A stretch of 64,000 nucleotides of DNA from Euprymna scolopes (GCA_053919585.1 CM132793.1), one strand, 5' to 3'. Positions 27,051 through 40,405 are shown, numbered from the stretch's first letter. Notes: generated from the letters alone by a model not told the origin. Numbers and translations: made by a program.

Positions 27051-27632
27051 ATATAAATTCATGCTAAATAGGAACATACAAAAACAAGCGTATACAAAGA
27101 ATCTGCGGTCACTTCATGTAAATATACTGATCAAGTTCATCCAATTCTTTATCACATTACTTTATATTTTCCAGCCAGCTCACACATATTTACTTTAAAA
27201 GAAAGGAATCCTAAAAAAGTATTTATTTATTTTACCATAACGATTTCAAGATATTAAAAAAATTACTTGGATGTCATCCGTTAAAATCGAAACCGAAACG
27301 CCCAGCGTTCCCGATTTAGTTATACACTGTAACATCGCCACATCCTGAGCTACCAGTATAGATACGACTGGTTCAAAATAAAGCGATTTTAAGCTATCCA
27401 ATGTTTATTTTTTTATGCGCAAATGTACAAGCTTAAGCAACATCTTTATTCAACTTACGCCTGCTAAGGTAAACTGTTTTATTTTTGTTTGAAATGTTTA
27501 CCGATTAGTTGATATTTTTACAGGCTCAATAAACATAGATCCACAGGTTCAAATCCCCTATATACCAAGCTTAAACTCTGGAAAACAAAACTTCAAGGAG
27601 GAGTTTAGTATAGATATTACGTACACACACAC

Positions 27633-27692
<60 letters not shown>

Positions 27693-27934
27693 ATTTGCTT
27701 AGAATCCATTCCAAATTCTACGTAATTCTGTACAATGTATAAACGCATAAATAGAACTAAGCGTAATAGATAATCTAATCATCCAATAAGAAATTTAGTA
27801 TGATTAATTAATGAAATTCGTATTTCAAACAAATAGGCAAATTAATTGGATATAAAGTTTATCGCATATCACTGACTGGTTATATTCGTTAGCTTTAATA
27901 TTTTAAATAGAAAATTAGGCATTTAATATCAATT

Positions 27935-28800
27935 GCGCACGGTCAAAATAGAAAGTAGTTTTTGACGATTATCTTATTAAAAATTTACCAAAAATCGCAA
28001 TTATCTAATACATTTTCACTTATTAAAGAATGAACTTTATAATGGCGCATTCTTTCAAAAACGAGATATATATGTATATATATATATATGTGTGTGTGCG
28101 CGCATGCATGCCTACAAACCCCATTTATTTGTGGTTACAAATATTCTTAAAATCAGCCAAAACTGAACAAAATATATTGTAGTTTGGGGAAAGTGAGGAT
28201 TCTAGATAAAAATAACTAAAAATAAGTGCGCACGTATCAGATTTTAAATTAAAAATCTGATTTTTTGATATTTAATTTTTCATTGTTTTGAAATGACGTT
28301 CGTTGAATATGTTAGTAATATTTGTTTCAGATAAGCAAAAAAATATTTTTATATTAAAGAGACACTATTAAATCTTGAAAAAAAAATCAATTAATAATTG
28401 TATTTTAGTAAGCCCAATATTTTTAATATATCATTAAATAGGAAATGCTTTGAGGAAGTGATACCAAAAAAACAAAATTATCGACAACTGTACATTTTGC
28501 TAAAAACACGTATTTTCTTTCGGCAATTTATTTCGTTATATTTCCTCACATGAAGTCCTATACAGTTGTTCGTATTTGCAGAGTGTCCCCTTTCTTGCTG
28601 TGACTTGCGCACGACTTGGTTTAAAGTGCATCTACCACAATTTCGTCCAGAAACTCTTGATCCTAATAGCAAGACACGGTCAAGATGACCAAGCGTGATA
28701 TTAGATGCAGGAGTTGGTTCCAACATATACGGCGCGTAGCATTCCCAAAATAGTCATTCATCTGGTGCTAGCCAGCCTCATCTTTGTTAACTTCCGGGGT
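27935..28800. repeat. Dispersed repeat family A, copy 2, carrying a minus-strand 5S-derived segment (28724-28800)
   Basis: Similar to 9700-10480; reverse complement GGAAGTTAACAAAGATGAGGCTGGCTAGCACCAGATGAATGACTATTTTGGGAATGCTACGCGCCGTA matches the SINE3 head at 60030-60097. Confidence 0.65.
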
Positions 28801-29794
28801 TATGTATGCAACACGTATGTATCGCTTATGAAAATCTGATTCAATATGATTAGACAAGCCGAGTTCTACCCCAAGATACATTAAACCAGACTATAACCTA
28901 CTGATATTGTAATTGCTATATAAATGTATGTGTTTGTGTACGTTTTTAGATTTCGATCTACAGATAAACCAAGAAATAAACTGTCATAAATTTTGGATAA
29001 CAGCTGAATAAAGACGTTATGTTGCATGAATTTAGAATTAATGTAGAAAGAGGATCAAATCTAAGATGGAAGATCTCTTTTCTGTGTTAAATTTTTACAA
29101 TATTTACTATGTGCCAAATACTCTAAAATGCAAAGTATTTAAGAATTTCATGAACGGATGTAATAGCACGACTTCTCATTTAAAAATTCAGTATTTCCCG
29201 ATTGTTATATATGACATTTTGCAATAAGACAACAAACAGAATTCCTTTCATTTAATTAAAGAATATGTTATAGTCTGATCAAAATTGATATTACGTTTGG
29301 CAAAATGTATATCTTTATTTAGAGCATTTTAATAGGATATACTATTGGTGTAAAGAGTTTATGGAAGTAATTACATTTTTCGTGCTTTGACTAATATTTT
29401 TGCTATATATATATATATATATATATATATACTAGTCCTTCGCTTATATATTTTAATTTATTCAAATTTTCTGTTTTATAGATCCAATGCGGCATTTTTT
29501 CTTACCCTATACACAGTAATAAAGTAGTGATTTTCCAAGTAAAAGAAAATGATGTGGGTGCTATCTCCTAGAATGGAAACAAATATATCTCTCAAATATT
29601 ACCCGTTACCATGTGATCTAAATCTATTGACATTCAAAAACTTTGAAGAATAATGATTGTTAAAAATATTACTAAATATTTGCGCATCTGTGAAAGAACA
29701 CTAAGAAGATATAAGCTTGCAAATCCCATTTTATGTAATCTCGGCCCCTTTAGAAACTACTTTTACCGACTAAAAACCAATTGTTTTTTTAATT

Positions 29795-31326
29795 ATAGTA
29801 CTCAGGACTTCAATCAGAACTAGCGCCTATAGTTACAAAACTATTTAAACGTTGTCTTAAGGAGAATTGCTCCCGTCACCCTGGAAAATCTCATCAGAAT
29901 GCTCCGTATTTAAGAATTCAGATGATCGCTCATCTTCCTCTCATTACAGGCCAATAAGTTTCCTATGCGTCATGAGTAAGTTGCTGGAATCTGTTAGAGA
30001 AGTAATCAACCATCTCATCAAAAATAACCTTAGTGACACGCAATATGGTTTCCATTCTGCTAGATCTACAGCAAATGTGCTTAGTTATCTCATAGGATTA
30101 GCGAATCTCTCGACGGAGGCTACCTTTCTAGGGTAATTTCTCTTGACATCTCAAAGGCCTTTGATAGATTATGGCATAAAGGTTTACTTCACAAGATCTC
30201 CAGCTACGGTATAGCTTGAAATGTCTTAATTATTAAATCATTTCTCTGATAGGTTCAAAAGAGTAGTGGTTGAAGGGCAGAAATCGGAAGCTCTCAGTAT
30301 TAATGCTGGAGTCCCTCAGGGGTCCATCCTGGGCCCAAATCCCTTCCTGATCTACATTAATAATCTTCCAAATCACATCCTTACATCATTTGTAGACATT
30401 TATGGTAGCACATCTAAGACATTAAACGACCAAGTTCTCTGGTTCTCTCTTCTCTGATCTTGAGCAAATGGTACAATGGGGAAATAGGTGGCTTGTTACT
30501 TTTAATGTAGCTAAAACCAAGCTTTTATCTTTACATCCTCAACGCTCTGATCCCCATCTGGCATCAATTGAAATGAACGGCTCTCGTCTTTGGATGCCTC
30601 ATGTTTTGAGAAGCTTCTGGGCTTGACCTGTACTCCTGATCTTAAATGGAACACATACATTAAATCCGTTACCAAGGTCGCTGGAAAAATTGTGGGATCC
30701 TGCTATCGATCCAGTAGATATCTCACTCTCTATATAAAAGCCAGGTACGTCCAAGGATGGTGTACTGTTGCCACATCTGGGCAGGAGCTACTAGAAAGGA
30801 ATTATCCTGCCTTGATAGAGTTCAAAATAGATTTCGAAGCCTCGTAGGGGATGTCCTTTTCTCTTCCTTGCAACCTCTTTCTCATAGAATAGATGTTGTG
30901 AGTTTGTCTCTTCTTTATGGTTATTTTCATGGCAAGTGCTCGGCTGAACTCCAATCTCTGGTCCCCCCTTGCCAGACTTTCACGAGAAACACCCGTCTAG
31001 CAGAAAACACTATCACTAATTTCCCTGACTCTTTATCTGTGCCTAATCCTAAACGTAGATTCCATGAACAAAGCTTCTTTCTTAGAACTGCACGCCTGTG
31101 GAATTGTCTTCCGTTTTCCTGCTTTCCAGCTAACTACAATATGGTTGTCTTGAAGTCTAACGTAAACAAGTTTTTGATGAACCGTTCCACATAAGTTAAC
31201 AAATTTACCGAATTTCCATTATTAACGATTACTATGTTGTCCAATTTCTAATGTACACTCTTTAACCCTTATCCTCGAGTAGCTTCTTGGTCTTGATAAG
31301 TAATGATGCTTATGTAAAAAAAAAAA
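29795..31326 (+). mobile_element. CR1-group LINE, 5'-truncated, disrupted RT
   Basis: YRPISFL, QYGFHSARST, LDISKAFDRLWHKGLL, GVPQGSILGP, WLVTFNVAKT and MVYCCHIWAGA motifs across ORFs 29867-31194; poly(A) at ~31316-31326. Confidence 0.92.
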
Positions 31327-31709
31327 CAAAAACAAATCGAATTCGTTTCCAAAGTCCAAATCTGTAAAGTCTGTTGAACCAAAATAATAACAGGGATTTG
31401 CTAGAGACCGTTCCTAAGGCACAAACCATGTCTCTGTATAATCTGAAAAGAACCGAATATCCATAGATTACACCGCAATATGTGCATAATTTTAAAATAA
31501 CTCATAATTATACTAGAAAAATACTCACGATACGGTAAATAAGATAGTTAATTTAAATCGGTGAGCATTACTTCTTTACTTATTTTATCTTATATACGCG
31601 CTTGTGTTACTATGTCAATATAGAAAGTGGTACGTTTATCTGATTTCTTTGTGCATTTTAGCGTTTCCTAATTCTTATGTCAAATTCCAGGTATACTGAC
31701 TGGAATTAA

Positions 31710-32060
31710 TGTAAAAATACGTTAACTGAACGATACACATTACTATTAAAATGTATTAAATTAATTGAATACTAAATGTTCACTAGTTTACAATTTACGA
31801 ATTCAGTTTCGAATATCAAATGCACTTTAACGAAAATAAGTTAAGGAGAAAAGATAACTTGTAAGGGAAGAGTCGAGTGTATAAATAGGAAATATTCGTA
31901 CACTAATTTGCCTACCTGTATATGATCTCTAAGTCTATCGCTCTATAATACTCTAGAACTTCTCTTCGTATCACATCGTCAATGCTACTTGGTATCTCCA
32001 TCTCGCTCTTCTTGCATCTGCATCGCTCTTCTTACATACAACAGAAATGATACTTTTACA
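31710..32060. mobile_element. Possible solo LTR or short TIR element (351 bp)
   Basis: Termini TGTAAAAATA / TACTTTTACA (9/10 inverted match) flanked by TAA on both sides; internal TATAAATA at ~31879. Confidence 0.35.
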
Positions 32061-32778
32061 TAACCCGCTCGGTAAGTGTACTGTATAGCTTCTGGCATTT
32101 TCATGAGAACACGCATATATAATTATGAATTTTCATTATGTAATGCATATTCGTATCTCGTTAAAAAACGACGTGTCACACTGTTTATCGTGGCAGAGAA
32201 CCTATGAATTCCCTTTACACCCAGAAATGTACAGTTGTTGCATTGCTATCCATGAAACGTCGGCGAAACCTTGATCTGCTTGATACCGCGTAACCTACTG
32301 TCAGGTCTTGTCTGTGACTGAAGCTGATTGAATATTAATAGATCTGTACTCAGCAAGACAAATATACCACAATGCAAACAGCGTGACCTATTTGTTCTCG
32401 GAGACACAAGTAAACAAGTTTCTAATGTAGATAAACACCAGGAAGAGAAACATTTCTCGGTTCAAATCTATTTTCACTATAAAAAAAAGTGAAACCTTTG
32501 CTTCAGATGTTATTTGTTGATTCTCTTATATATTTTCATAATCTCGCTCAAATAGCCAACTTAAATTTGGCCAGCAGTTAGTTTGGCGACGTTTGTAAGA
32601 ATGGTTGTATGAATCCGTTAATTGCGTAGACCAAATACTGAGCGACAATGGCTAATAGTTATAATTTGTGTGTATATATATTTAAATGTGTATTTTTTTT
32701 TTCTTTTTGGATATGTATTTATAAATATATGTGCATGTTTTGTGTGTGAATATTTTTGTACGGATATGTTTGGGATAC

Positions 32779-32838
<60 letters not shown>

Positions 32839-33434
32839 ATTATATATATATATGATATACAAATTTGTAAGTGGGAGAGTTGATTCCTGATGTACTTGGA
32901 AACAGATTGGTCGATATTTTTAAGTTTCACAAGAAGGTACTTGGTTTGATTGGGAAGGTCCTTGTAGAGGCTTTTTTTTTAAATCAAAATCGATAATCGA
33001 AAATCAGTTAAAACAAGGGGCAATTGTATTGTTCCTAAAGTAAACCTTTTAATACAACTTAACATTACGAGTGCATGGTCAAGCTTTATCATCGGATACG
33101 ATGAACATTTCCTTTTGTAGCACAAGTGAACCATGATACTTGACTTCTGCATTGTAAACTCTAAGTAAAGCCATTATTTTCCTAAGTTTTCCGTAAAGCA
33201 ACAGTACGTAGATTCTCTGTAGTGCAATGCAGACTACAATGCATTTTGGATAGACACGAGAAACTGTTAGTGAATTGCTGGAGTTCCCACACTAGAGCAA
33301 TCAATCAATCGATTTCAGTAAAGATCTGCGATTTCATCGATTTCGATGAAAAAAGTGTCGAAGAGTTAAATATGTTGATACTCATTGAATCCCGGACAAC
33401 GTCGTGTCGCTCTGCTAGTATATCTCTCTTTTTA

Positions 33435-33476
<42 letters not shown>

Positions 33477-33565
33477 GAGCAAACAGTTAATAAAATATGT
33501 TAAGAACATTTAAAATGAGTTAAAAACATTTAATCTGAAAAGGAAACACTAGATAAATGGATAGT

Positions 33566-33613
33566 CCTTAATCCGCGGAGTTTCGAAGAAATACTTTCCT
33601 TCTCATCAGGGGG
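33566..33613 (-). ncRNA. Hammerhead-like motif, left arm
   Basis: Reverse complement: CCCC-CTGATGA-GAAGGAAAGTATTTCTTC-GAAA-CTCCGCGGAT-TA-AGG; stem II is good, stem III has one mismatch, stem I is weak. Confidence 0.55.
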
Positions 33614-34254
33614 TAGGAATTAGCAAAATGCGGGATCTGATTTTGCATGCAGAAGTATTTGATGAAACAGCAAGTAAGTCAAAGATCTTACTTGAAAACA
33701 AAAAAAAGGTGAAGCAGAGGGAATATGGTGAAGAAAAAGGTAATTACACATGAATGGATAGTCTGGTGGAAGATAAAAAAATCGAGTGACGGTAAAACCC
33801 ATATGTATAATTTCAAGAAAGTTAAAAGCATTTCCATTGGTACGAGTAAAATCCAAGGAAATCCTGTAATTGGAATAAGATGGCCCATAATAATCCAAAG
33901 GCAGAAATCCATGGAATAATTCACAAAAATGTGTACAAGGAAAAAAAAAGATTCCAATAATATTAATAAAAGAAAAATAAGATATGCTTTTCACTATACT
34001 TCCGAGACATAAATATAAATAAGAAAGATAGATGGAATGTCTTTTAACTTTGTTGAAGTTATACATTTAGATTTTACCGTCACTGGATTTTTTATCTTCC
34101 ACCAGACTATCCATTCATTTGTAGTCACCTTTTTCTTCACCATATTCCCTCTGCTTAATTTTTTTTTTTTTTTCAAGTAAGATCTTTGACTTACTTGTTG
34201 CTTCATTAAATACTTCTGCATGCAAAATCCGATCCTGTATTTTGCTAATTCCTA

Positions 34255-34300
34255 CCCTCTGATGAGAAAAAGTATTTCTTCGAAATTCCGCGGATTAAGG
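34255..34300 (+). ncRNA. Hammerhead-like motif, right arm
   Basis: CCT-CTGATGA-GAAAAAGTATTTCTTC-GAAA-TTCCGCGGAT-TA-AGG; 3-bp stem I CCT/AGG and palindromic TCCGCGGA in stem III. Confidence 0.55.
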
Positions 34301-34535
34301 ACTATCCATTTATCTAGTGTTTCCTTTTCAGATTAAATGTTTTAACTCATTTTAAAGTGTTTAACATATTTTATTAATTGTTTGCTCATATTATAAGCTC
34401 TATTTCCCATTTGATTTTATCGAGCTTTTACATTTGGCTGAGATAATTTTATAAATATTAATTCTTTAATATTTATAATATACTTTAATTTTACCATCTT
34501 GGATTATTTTGGTAAATTAATTGTAATTTTTATTT

Positions 34536-34593
<58 letters not shown>

Positions 34594-35083
34594 CAAAGTA
34601 GAATTGTTTCGTATTTGGATTTCAATTCTAATAACACATAGCCTAATGTCCACATAGGCCTTTTCTTTTTCTGTGTGGTATTTAGTCATATATATTACAT
34701 GTATTTAACTATATTTCATTTTATCATAAACGATGTAGACTTACATTTAAAGAATATGTTCCACTTACTGAAACTTCATAATGCTGATCTCTTTCTACCG
34801 TGACAGACTGATTTTACTTGTTTGGTTTCATTTTATGGATTATTTTAGTATATGTGACCAGATTATTTTACCTCGTATCAATTCACCGTTTAAGGATATA
34901 TCTTCCTTATATAAGAGCATACTGCATTCGGAACACGCCTCTTGTATTTTTGTGACAGGGCATCTAACGCGATTAGCATTTTTTAAAATTTCGTATGTAA
35001 CTTTTGGATAAGATATCACCAACACCCCTCAAGCCAAAACAGCAACTATGAAATGTCATCTTTTCTCTTCTTCTCTTCTCTTC

Positions 35084-35760
35084 TCTATATAAATAAAATG
35101 AACTCATTTTTTCCCGTATGATTTTGACATTAATAGGATTAAAAATCAAGATATTTCATGCAAATATAATATGCACAAACGGCAGAACAATATCTGAGGT
35201 GTGTTATAGGCTTATTATTTCTCAAATTCCTCGATAATCTTAGATTTCTATACTTTTTCTGCTGAGAAGTCACGGCCAAAATCGGTTAAGATCAATGGAA
35301 GTGGTAAAATATTTTCTCTCTAATAAATTCCTCCTCCCCCTGCCACTACTTAACACCGTTTGGGGATCGTTCACAAGGAACAGTTGAGAAGAGAACACCG
35401 GTTTGGCTTCGTAGTTCTTTCATGTGAAGTTATTTAAAATCACTAAACTAAGCTGCAGTGCTCTGTGGCGCAGTGGTTAGCGTGCTGGACAATTCACATT
35501 ATATTGTCACGTTCGCGCCGACCTACCGTAGTCGTGTTTTTTTTTTTTGTTTTCCTAAACAACTGGAATGGACTTTTCTTAGTGGCCGAACTGTTAACGT
35601 TGCAGATGTTTTTTTTTTGTTTTTTTTTTTCACACTTTATTTTCCTACTTTTACTCATGACTCCGGGTTTGACCCTTCCTACTTACCTACCATAACATTT
35701 TTTAAAACTCCCCCCCGTACCGGAAACAAACACTCGGGCAACGCCAGGTACCCCCGCTAG
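35084..35760 (+). mobile_element. Non-autonomous Helitron-like element
   Basis: 5' TCTATATAAATAAAATG; 3' imperfect GC hairpin (ACTCGGGCAACGCCAGGT) followed by CTAG|T. Confidence 0.7.
35460..35548 (+). pseudogene. tRNA-derived Pol III cassette (degenerate tRNA / SINE head)
   Basis: GCTCTGTGGCGCAGTGGTTAGCG (A box at 35466), B-box-like GTTCGCGCC at 35511, T12 run at 35537-35548; no valid cloverleaf. Confidence 0.55.
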
Positions 35761-35899
35761 TATGTATATATTGTAATCTGATATTAGGTTTATTTTAGAA
35801 TTCATTTTACCAGAACCAAGTTTAATGTTTGCTAAGGTATTACTAAAAGTGCAGTAATCGATTGATTCAAAACAAGTCCCAATTAGTTTGTATATACAA

Positions 35900-36055
35900 C
35901 GTAATATTCTACTAGATATGTCCGTTTATGCTCTCCTGTCACATCTGTTATACGTCGAACGAAACGCGTTCATTATTAACGGGATCCATATGTTAGTGAA
36001 TAACATAATTGAAATAGCTGAACTTTCACGAAGTATAAAACATCTATCAGTTTTG
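35900..36055 (+). pseudogene. hAT-related transposase C-terminal remnant
   Basis: Frameshifted YA-PVTSV-VER resembles the YAPVTSVDVERSFS motif. Confidence 0.35.
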
Positions 36056-36989
36056 AAAGCACTGCTTTTACAATGGCTTCACAATTTGAAAAAGCCGTTT
36101 GTTTCAGCGTTAGAAGACGACATTATAAAGAAAAAAATTAATCAAAAAAAAATCTACGAGATCTCCAGAAATGTTTAATGTAAAAAAAAAAAAACAATGC
36201 GCATGCGTCAACTTGAGCACAGAATAAAAAGATTGATACGCATGCGTAGAGAAAAACAACAATGTGATGTGACAAGACCTTTTGACGATTGGTCTGGGAT
36301 TGACTGGCGAGATCCCATCAACTCCAGGCTAGCGCTGGTCAACATCATCGACTATACATTGCGAAACGGACACTGATTTATTTATTAATTTTTTTTTTTA
36401 CTTGGGACTCGCTTGTCGGCATTGCCATTGTTTGAAGCTATGCTTCCTGGCCTCCTGATCAGGATAGCTACTCAGAACAACTGACAAGCTAATACGAAGG
36501 TTCCGACATCCATTCCGTTCTCTTGGGTAAAAAAGAAAAAATGGTTGCGATCAGCAATCACCTTAAGATATGTTTGGTTGACTTGCTTCGAAAAGGATTC
36601 TTTTTATTTTACTTTTTCAAGTAAGAAACAAAAAAATAAATTGCGTGGAATACACTTGTTACTTTAATCAACATAACTTTACTGCAGTGGATTTCGAACT
36701 ATTCTGATAAGAATGGTTATTATATATTTTTTCACTGATTCACGTCATGTGGAAATTTAAGATTATTAAATATCAAACCAATATATTAATATCAAACCAA
36801 GTGGTGTGTGATTAATTGAACATACGTAGCATACTGCATATCACTATCGCTTTTTGCGTATAGAAAAAAATAGATAAAAGTAAACTAATGATTTCATTAT
36901 TGAAAGCTTATAAAATGAGATTCATAAATATAATTTTAACTTCTTAAAACGGTTATGCCTCGCCAATGTATTGAATGTAATCAATTTAG

Positions 36990-38100
36990 TCATGGAAATG
37001 TAGCTCATATCAGAATGAAATTACATTGAACAACGTTCAAAGCTAAGTTAAAGCAATATGACGTGATAGTACATGTTTTTGTTGTAAATAGATTAATCAA
37101 ATTCACTAAACTGAAGAGAATGGGTTTAGTGTCATATTTTAAAATATCAAGCGGTTCATATCTACAAAGTGCGCAGAATTTGTCACCCGGCATATACGCT
37201 TTATTAGATCCTAGTATTTCTAATTTTAAATTGAAGGGAATACTTCTATCATTAAGTCGCCAAATATGTTTAGATAAAAAAGTCTGGTTTTTCAAGGGAA
37301 GATTTTTGAAGGAGTGCTTATACGTGGAGATCCTGTGTTTAATAAGACCAGATGTGGACCCGAAGTAAATTGCATTGTGTTTAATATAATTGTCAGCTAG
37401 ATTAAGAGTGGTATTGGAAGGTAAGACATTTTGGTTGTATTTGATTGGTAGATTCATGAATGGGGGTGCTGTCATTGATGAATTATGTGCTGGAATTAGT
37501 CTGTGAGAATGGATTTAAATGGTTCCTATGAATATAATTTATGTGTGTATGTATATGTGTGTATGTATTATTTCAAGAAGTGTGCCGACCTAGGGGTCTT
37601 TTCATACTCCTTGTAAAGCTCGATTCCCTATTTTCGTATTTTAAGCGTCAAGCGCTATGGGTGATGTTTATAACAAAAAGGGAAGATTTGCTGTTTTCTG
37701 AATATGGTGTCTATTATGTAATTGTTTTATAATGAAGTTGTATATTTGTTTCGTTATATGAAGCTTTTGTGTTCACTGATTTACATAATAGTTAACAATT
37801 CAGTTCTCATCCAATTCACCTGATACGATTTCCAAGGAATCTTTCTATTTCTGTAAAGTCCAAGTATTTACACGTCCTGATAGATTTATTTTCGAAGAAT
37901 AGTTTTTCCAAATAATAGGGATGTTCTCAATGGTTTATGTTTGCGTTATGTCAATTTCCCGAACAATTTCCTTACAAATATCATCGTATTCTTGTCGAAT
38001 AGAATGGTTAATTTTAACATGATTACAAAGGTTCTAGGGTTTCTTAATCAGTTTTACAAATCGAAGGTTATAATTGTCTATTTATTCAATAAACTTTCTC
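36990..38100 (-). mobile_element. Penelope-like element (Neptune-type) remnant with GIY-YIG endonuclease
   Basis: ORF 37005-37475: YFGSTSGLIKHRISTYKHSFKN...QTFLSKHIWRL...KFCALCRYE fits the PLE GIY-YIG consensus; upstream TPYSENSK resembles the FNPPYS linker motif. Confidence 0.75.
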
Positions 38101-38149
38101 GAAAGTAATTATCGATAGTCAATTATGACAAAAACTATTGTGCCTTGGA

Positions 38150-40250
38150 TACAACGTGTAAGGTTTTTGCATATTCCCAGTGCTCTCCACCTTGTCCAAT
38201 AAGAGTTGTAAAACCCTTTGCATTTAAGCAACTGTCATCATAATGCAAATACTGGCTAATAGATTTTCACTAATATATAAACCTGAGCCGGTAATTGCAA
38301 TGATGCCAGTTGCTAGAATGCAAAGTGCTTTGGAACTCTTATTGGGCAAGGTGGAGAGCACTATGAATGAGGAAAACATGTCACTCAGTATCCAAGGTAC
38401 AAGTTATTGTCATAATTATAGTTATGATAATTTGACAGGTATGTTAGCGCATGAGCTGCGTAGTTTTGACTTCTCGTCGGCGTTGTGTAAGATTTTACAC
38501 TTTATGGTCAGTGAATATGGATGGTTATAACCTCTTTTTGTATCCTGTCAGATACTTCTAATTTTACTGCTCTCATTTTGTTAAGCGAGTTAGATTCTGC
38601 AAATGACCCAGGAATCTTAAACGTCAAGATAACCTGGTCTGCATGAAGTTTTCCGCGTTGGTTCCATCTATTAATTTGTAGGATTGAAGGATTTACCCAA
38701 TACTGTCGTTATTTCTTTCTTAGAATTATTTATAGCTTCTCCAAATTCTGACTGTTTGTACTAGACTTATGTCTATTAAATCTGCGGTATGCATATTGCC
38801 TTTGAGCAATGGCAGCTGCACGAGTAGAAGTAAACCATTGAGGAGTGGAGTTTACTATAGAATTTCCGTGTTTGAACATCTGCTTCACTTGCTGTTTTTA
38901 ACCATTCAGTGGTCTCCTTTGCGCACTGTTCAGCGGAAAGAGAAAGATATTTCCCTATGAGGCATCTCTGATGATATCCCTAGTGGATTCCCAGTCAACC
39001 TTCTAATACCTTGTTTAGAGCAATGCCTCTTCACTTTTGGGTCGAGAATTAAGGACGATTACTACCATAATCAGTGTGATCAGAATTCCTGAGTAGGCTA
39101 TGGGCATTCGTTTCAGCCATCGGGAACTTTGGTCAGAAATAGGTATAGAAGTAAGGCATGTTGATCTTGCTGATCTGGGATACGTGTCGGAAACGTAATC
39201 GTCTCTGATAGGAAATGAGATATAGAGAAGCTGTGTCGGTGTAATAGGATCACCGCCAATTACTATAGTGAACATTAAAGTCCTATATACATGTACTTTT
39301 GCGCTAATATCGAGGAAGAGTGTTTTATCTACGCTGCCAGGCTTGGTTTATAAGGGTACAGTCCTGAGTCGAGGGAGAGTGGTAGATAATATTATTTTGC
39401 ATATTAAATCTAAAGCACATAAAGGCCTGGTAATCTGATTCTAGTTTTGTTTCTCTAGTCAAGTGGAGGGTGTTTCGAATATAGACTCAAAGTCCGTGCA
39501 TATGTCTCTGAGTCCTTACGGCAAAGTTGGAGATGACCAGGCATGTTAAAGTAGTTAGGATTATTGCTCTAGAGAGAAGGCCATCGTCAATAAATTCACT
39601 GCTCATATATTACTGTTGATCATACAGAACTGACACCATACGGGCTGTTTTTGCTGAGGTGTAAAAGTTAATTTTTTATCACAGATTCGCACAGGACACT
39701 AATTGGTCTACACTGAGACGCAGAAGACAGGGCACTGTACTTTTAAATACTGTGTTGACTGTCGATTCCATCCAGGGTGTTGGAAAGCACTTCTCATTAG
39801 TGTAACTTTTACACAATTTTGTAAGTATGAGCTAGTTCCGGTTGCTGTGTTACGCACTGTGATTCAGGAACAGTATCATTGTTTGAAAAATCCTCAAATC
39901 TGGAACATATGTCGGTTTTATGAATGTTTTCAGTACTGGAAGGAAATTCTGGTGATTTACGCCACTAATAAAGTATTTTGGAGCTTGGTGCTAACATCTT
40001 ATCGAGAAGATTGGCTTTTTTAGATGCTAACGTAATCACTCCATGTGCGTTGATGATTGAAGATATGCATCTTGAGAACCATGTTTATGTGGAACAGTCG
40101 CGAGAAGCTAACTTCTGTTCGGCTATTTTTGACTTGACAAGGCAAAAGTTTTTTTTGTATTTTTGCATATTCTACAATACCTTTGCAGTCGTTGTTGACA
40201 GTCTTAAAGGCGGCTTTAATTTATATCGTATGTAATACATATGATAGTAA
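38150..40250 (-). mobile_element. Highly decayed LINE (I-group-like; RT and possible RNase H remnants)
   Basis: Ordered weak motifs on the minus strand: FLPVLKTF, EKCF..W, IVIGGDPITPTQL, DYGS, IPG; many frameshifts. Confidence 0.4.
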
Positions 40251-40405
40251 TTAAGTCACTTACATCCTACACTCATTTACGCTTCCAGGTATCACTAACA
40301 TGTATACCCAATAATATACGCACATGCGAGACATGATACATGCACAGATTACCATCACAATTTATTGCTCATACATGCACTAACAGACAGAACGCATAAG
40401 CAAAC

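Larger units (their letters stand above)
33469..34395. mobile_element. Penelope-like element-derived foldback: two inverted ~365-bp arms (33469-33837, 34032-34395)
   Basis: Arms are reverse complements with scattered substitutions; each holds a hammerhead-like CTGATGA...GAAA motif typical of PLE pseudo-LTRs. Confidence 0.8.

Noticed and set aside
32900-33400. LINE RT C-terminal remnant (VKYHGSLV on the minus strand)
   Set aside because: Single weak motif only.
33620-34221. Overlapping ORFs with similar peptides on both strands
   Set aside because: Explained by the inverted repeat; at most a decayed PLE RT-like fragment.
35460-35530. Functional tRNA gene
   Set aside because: Only the 5' half is tRNA-like; the anticodon, T and acceptor stems do not pair.
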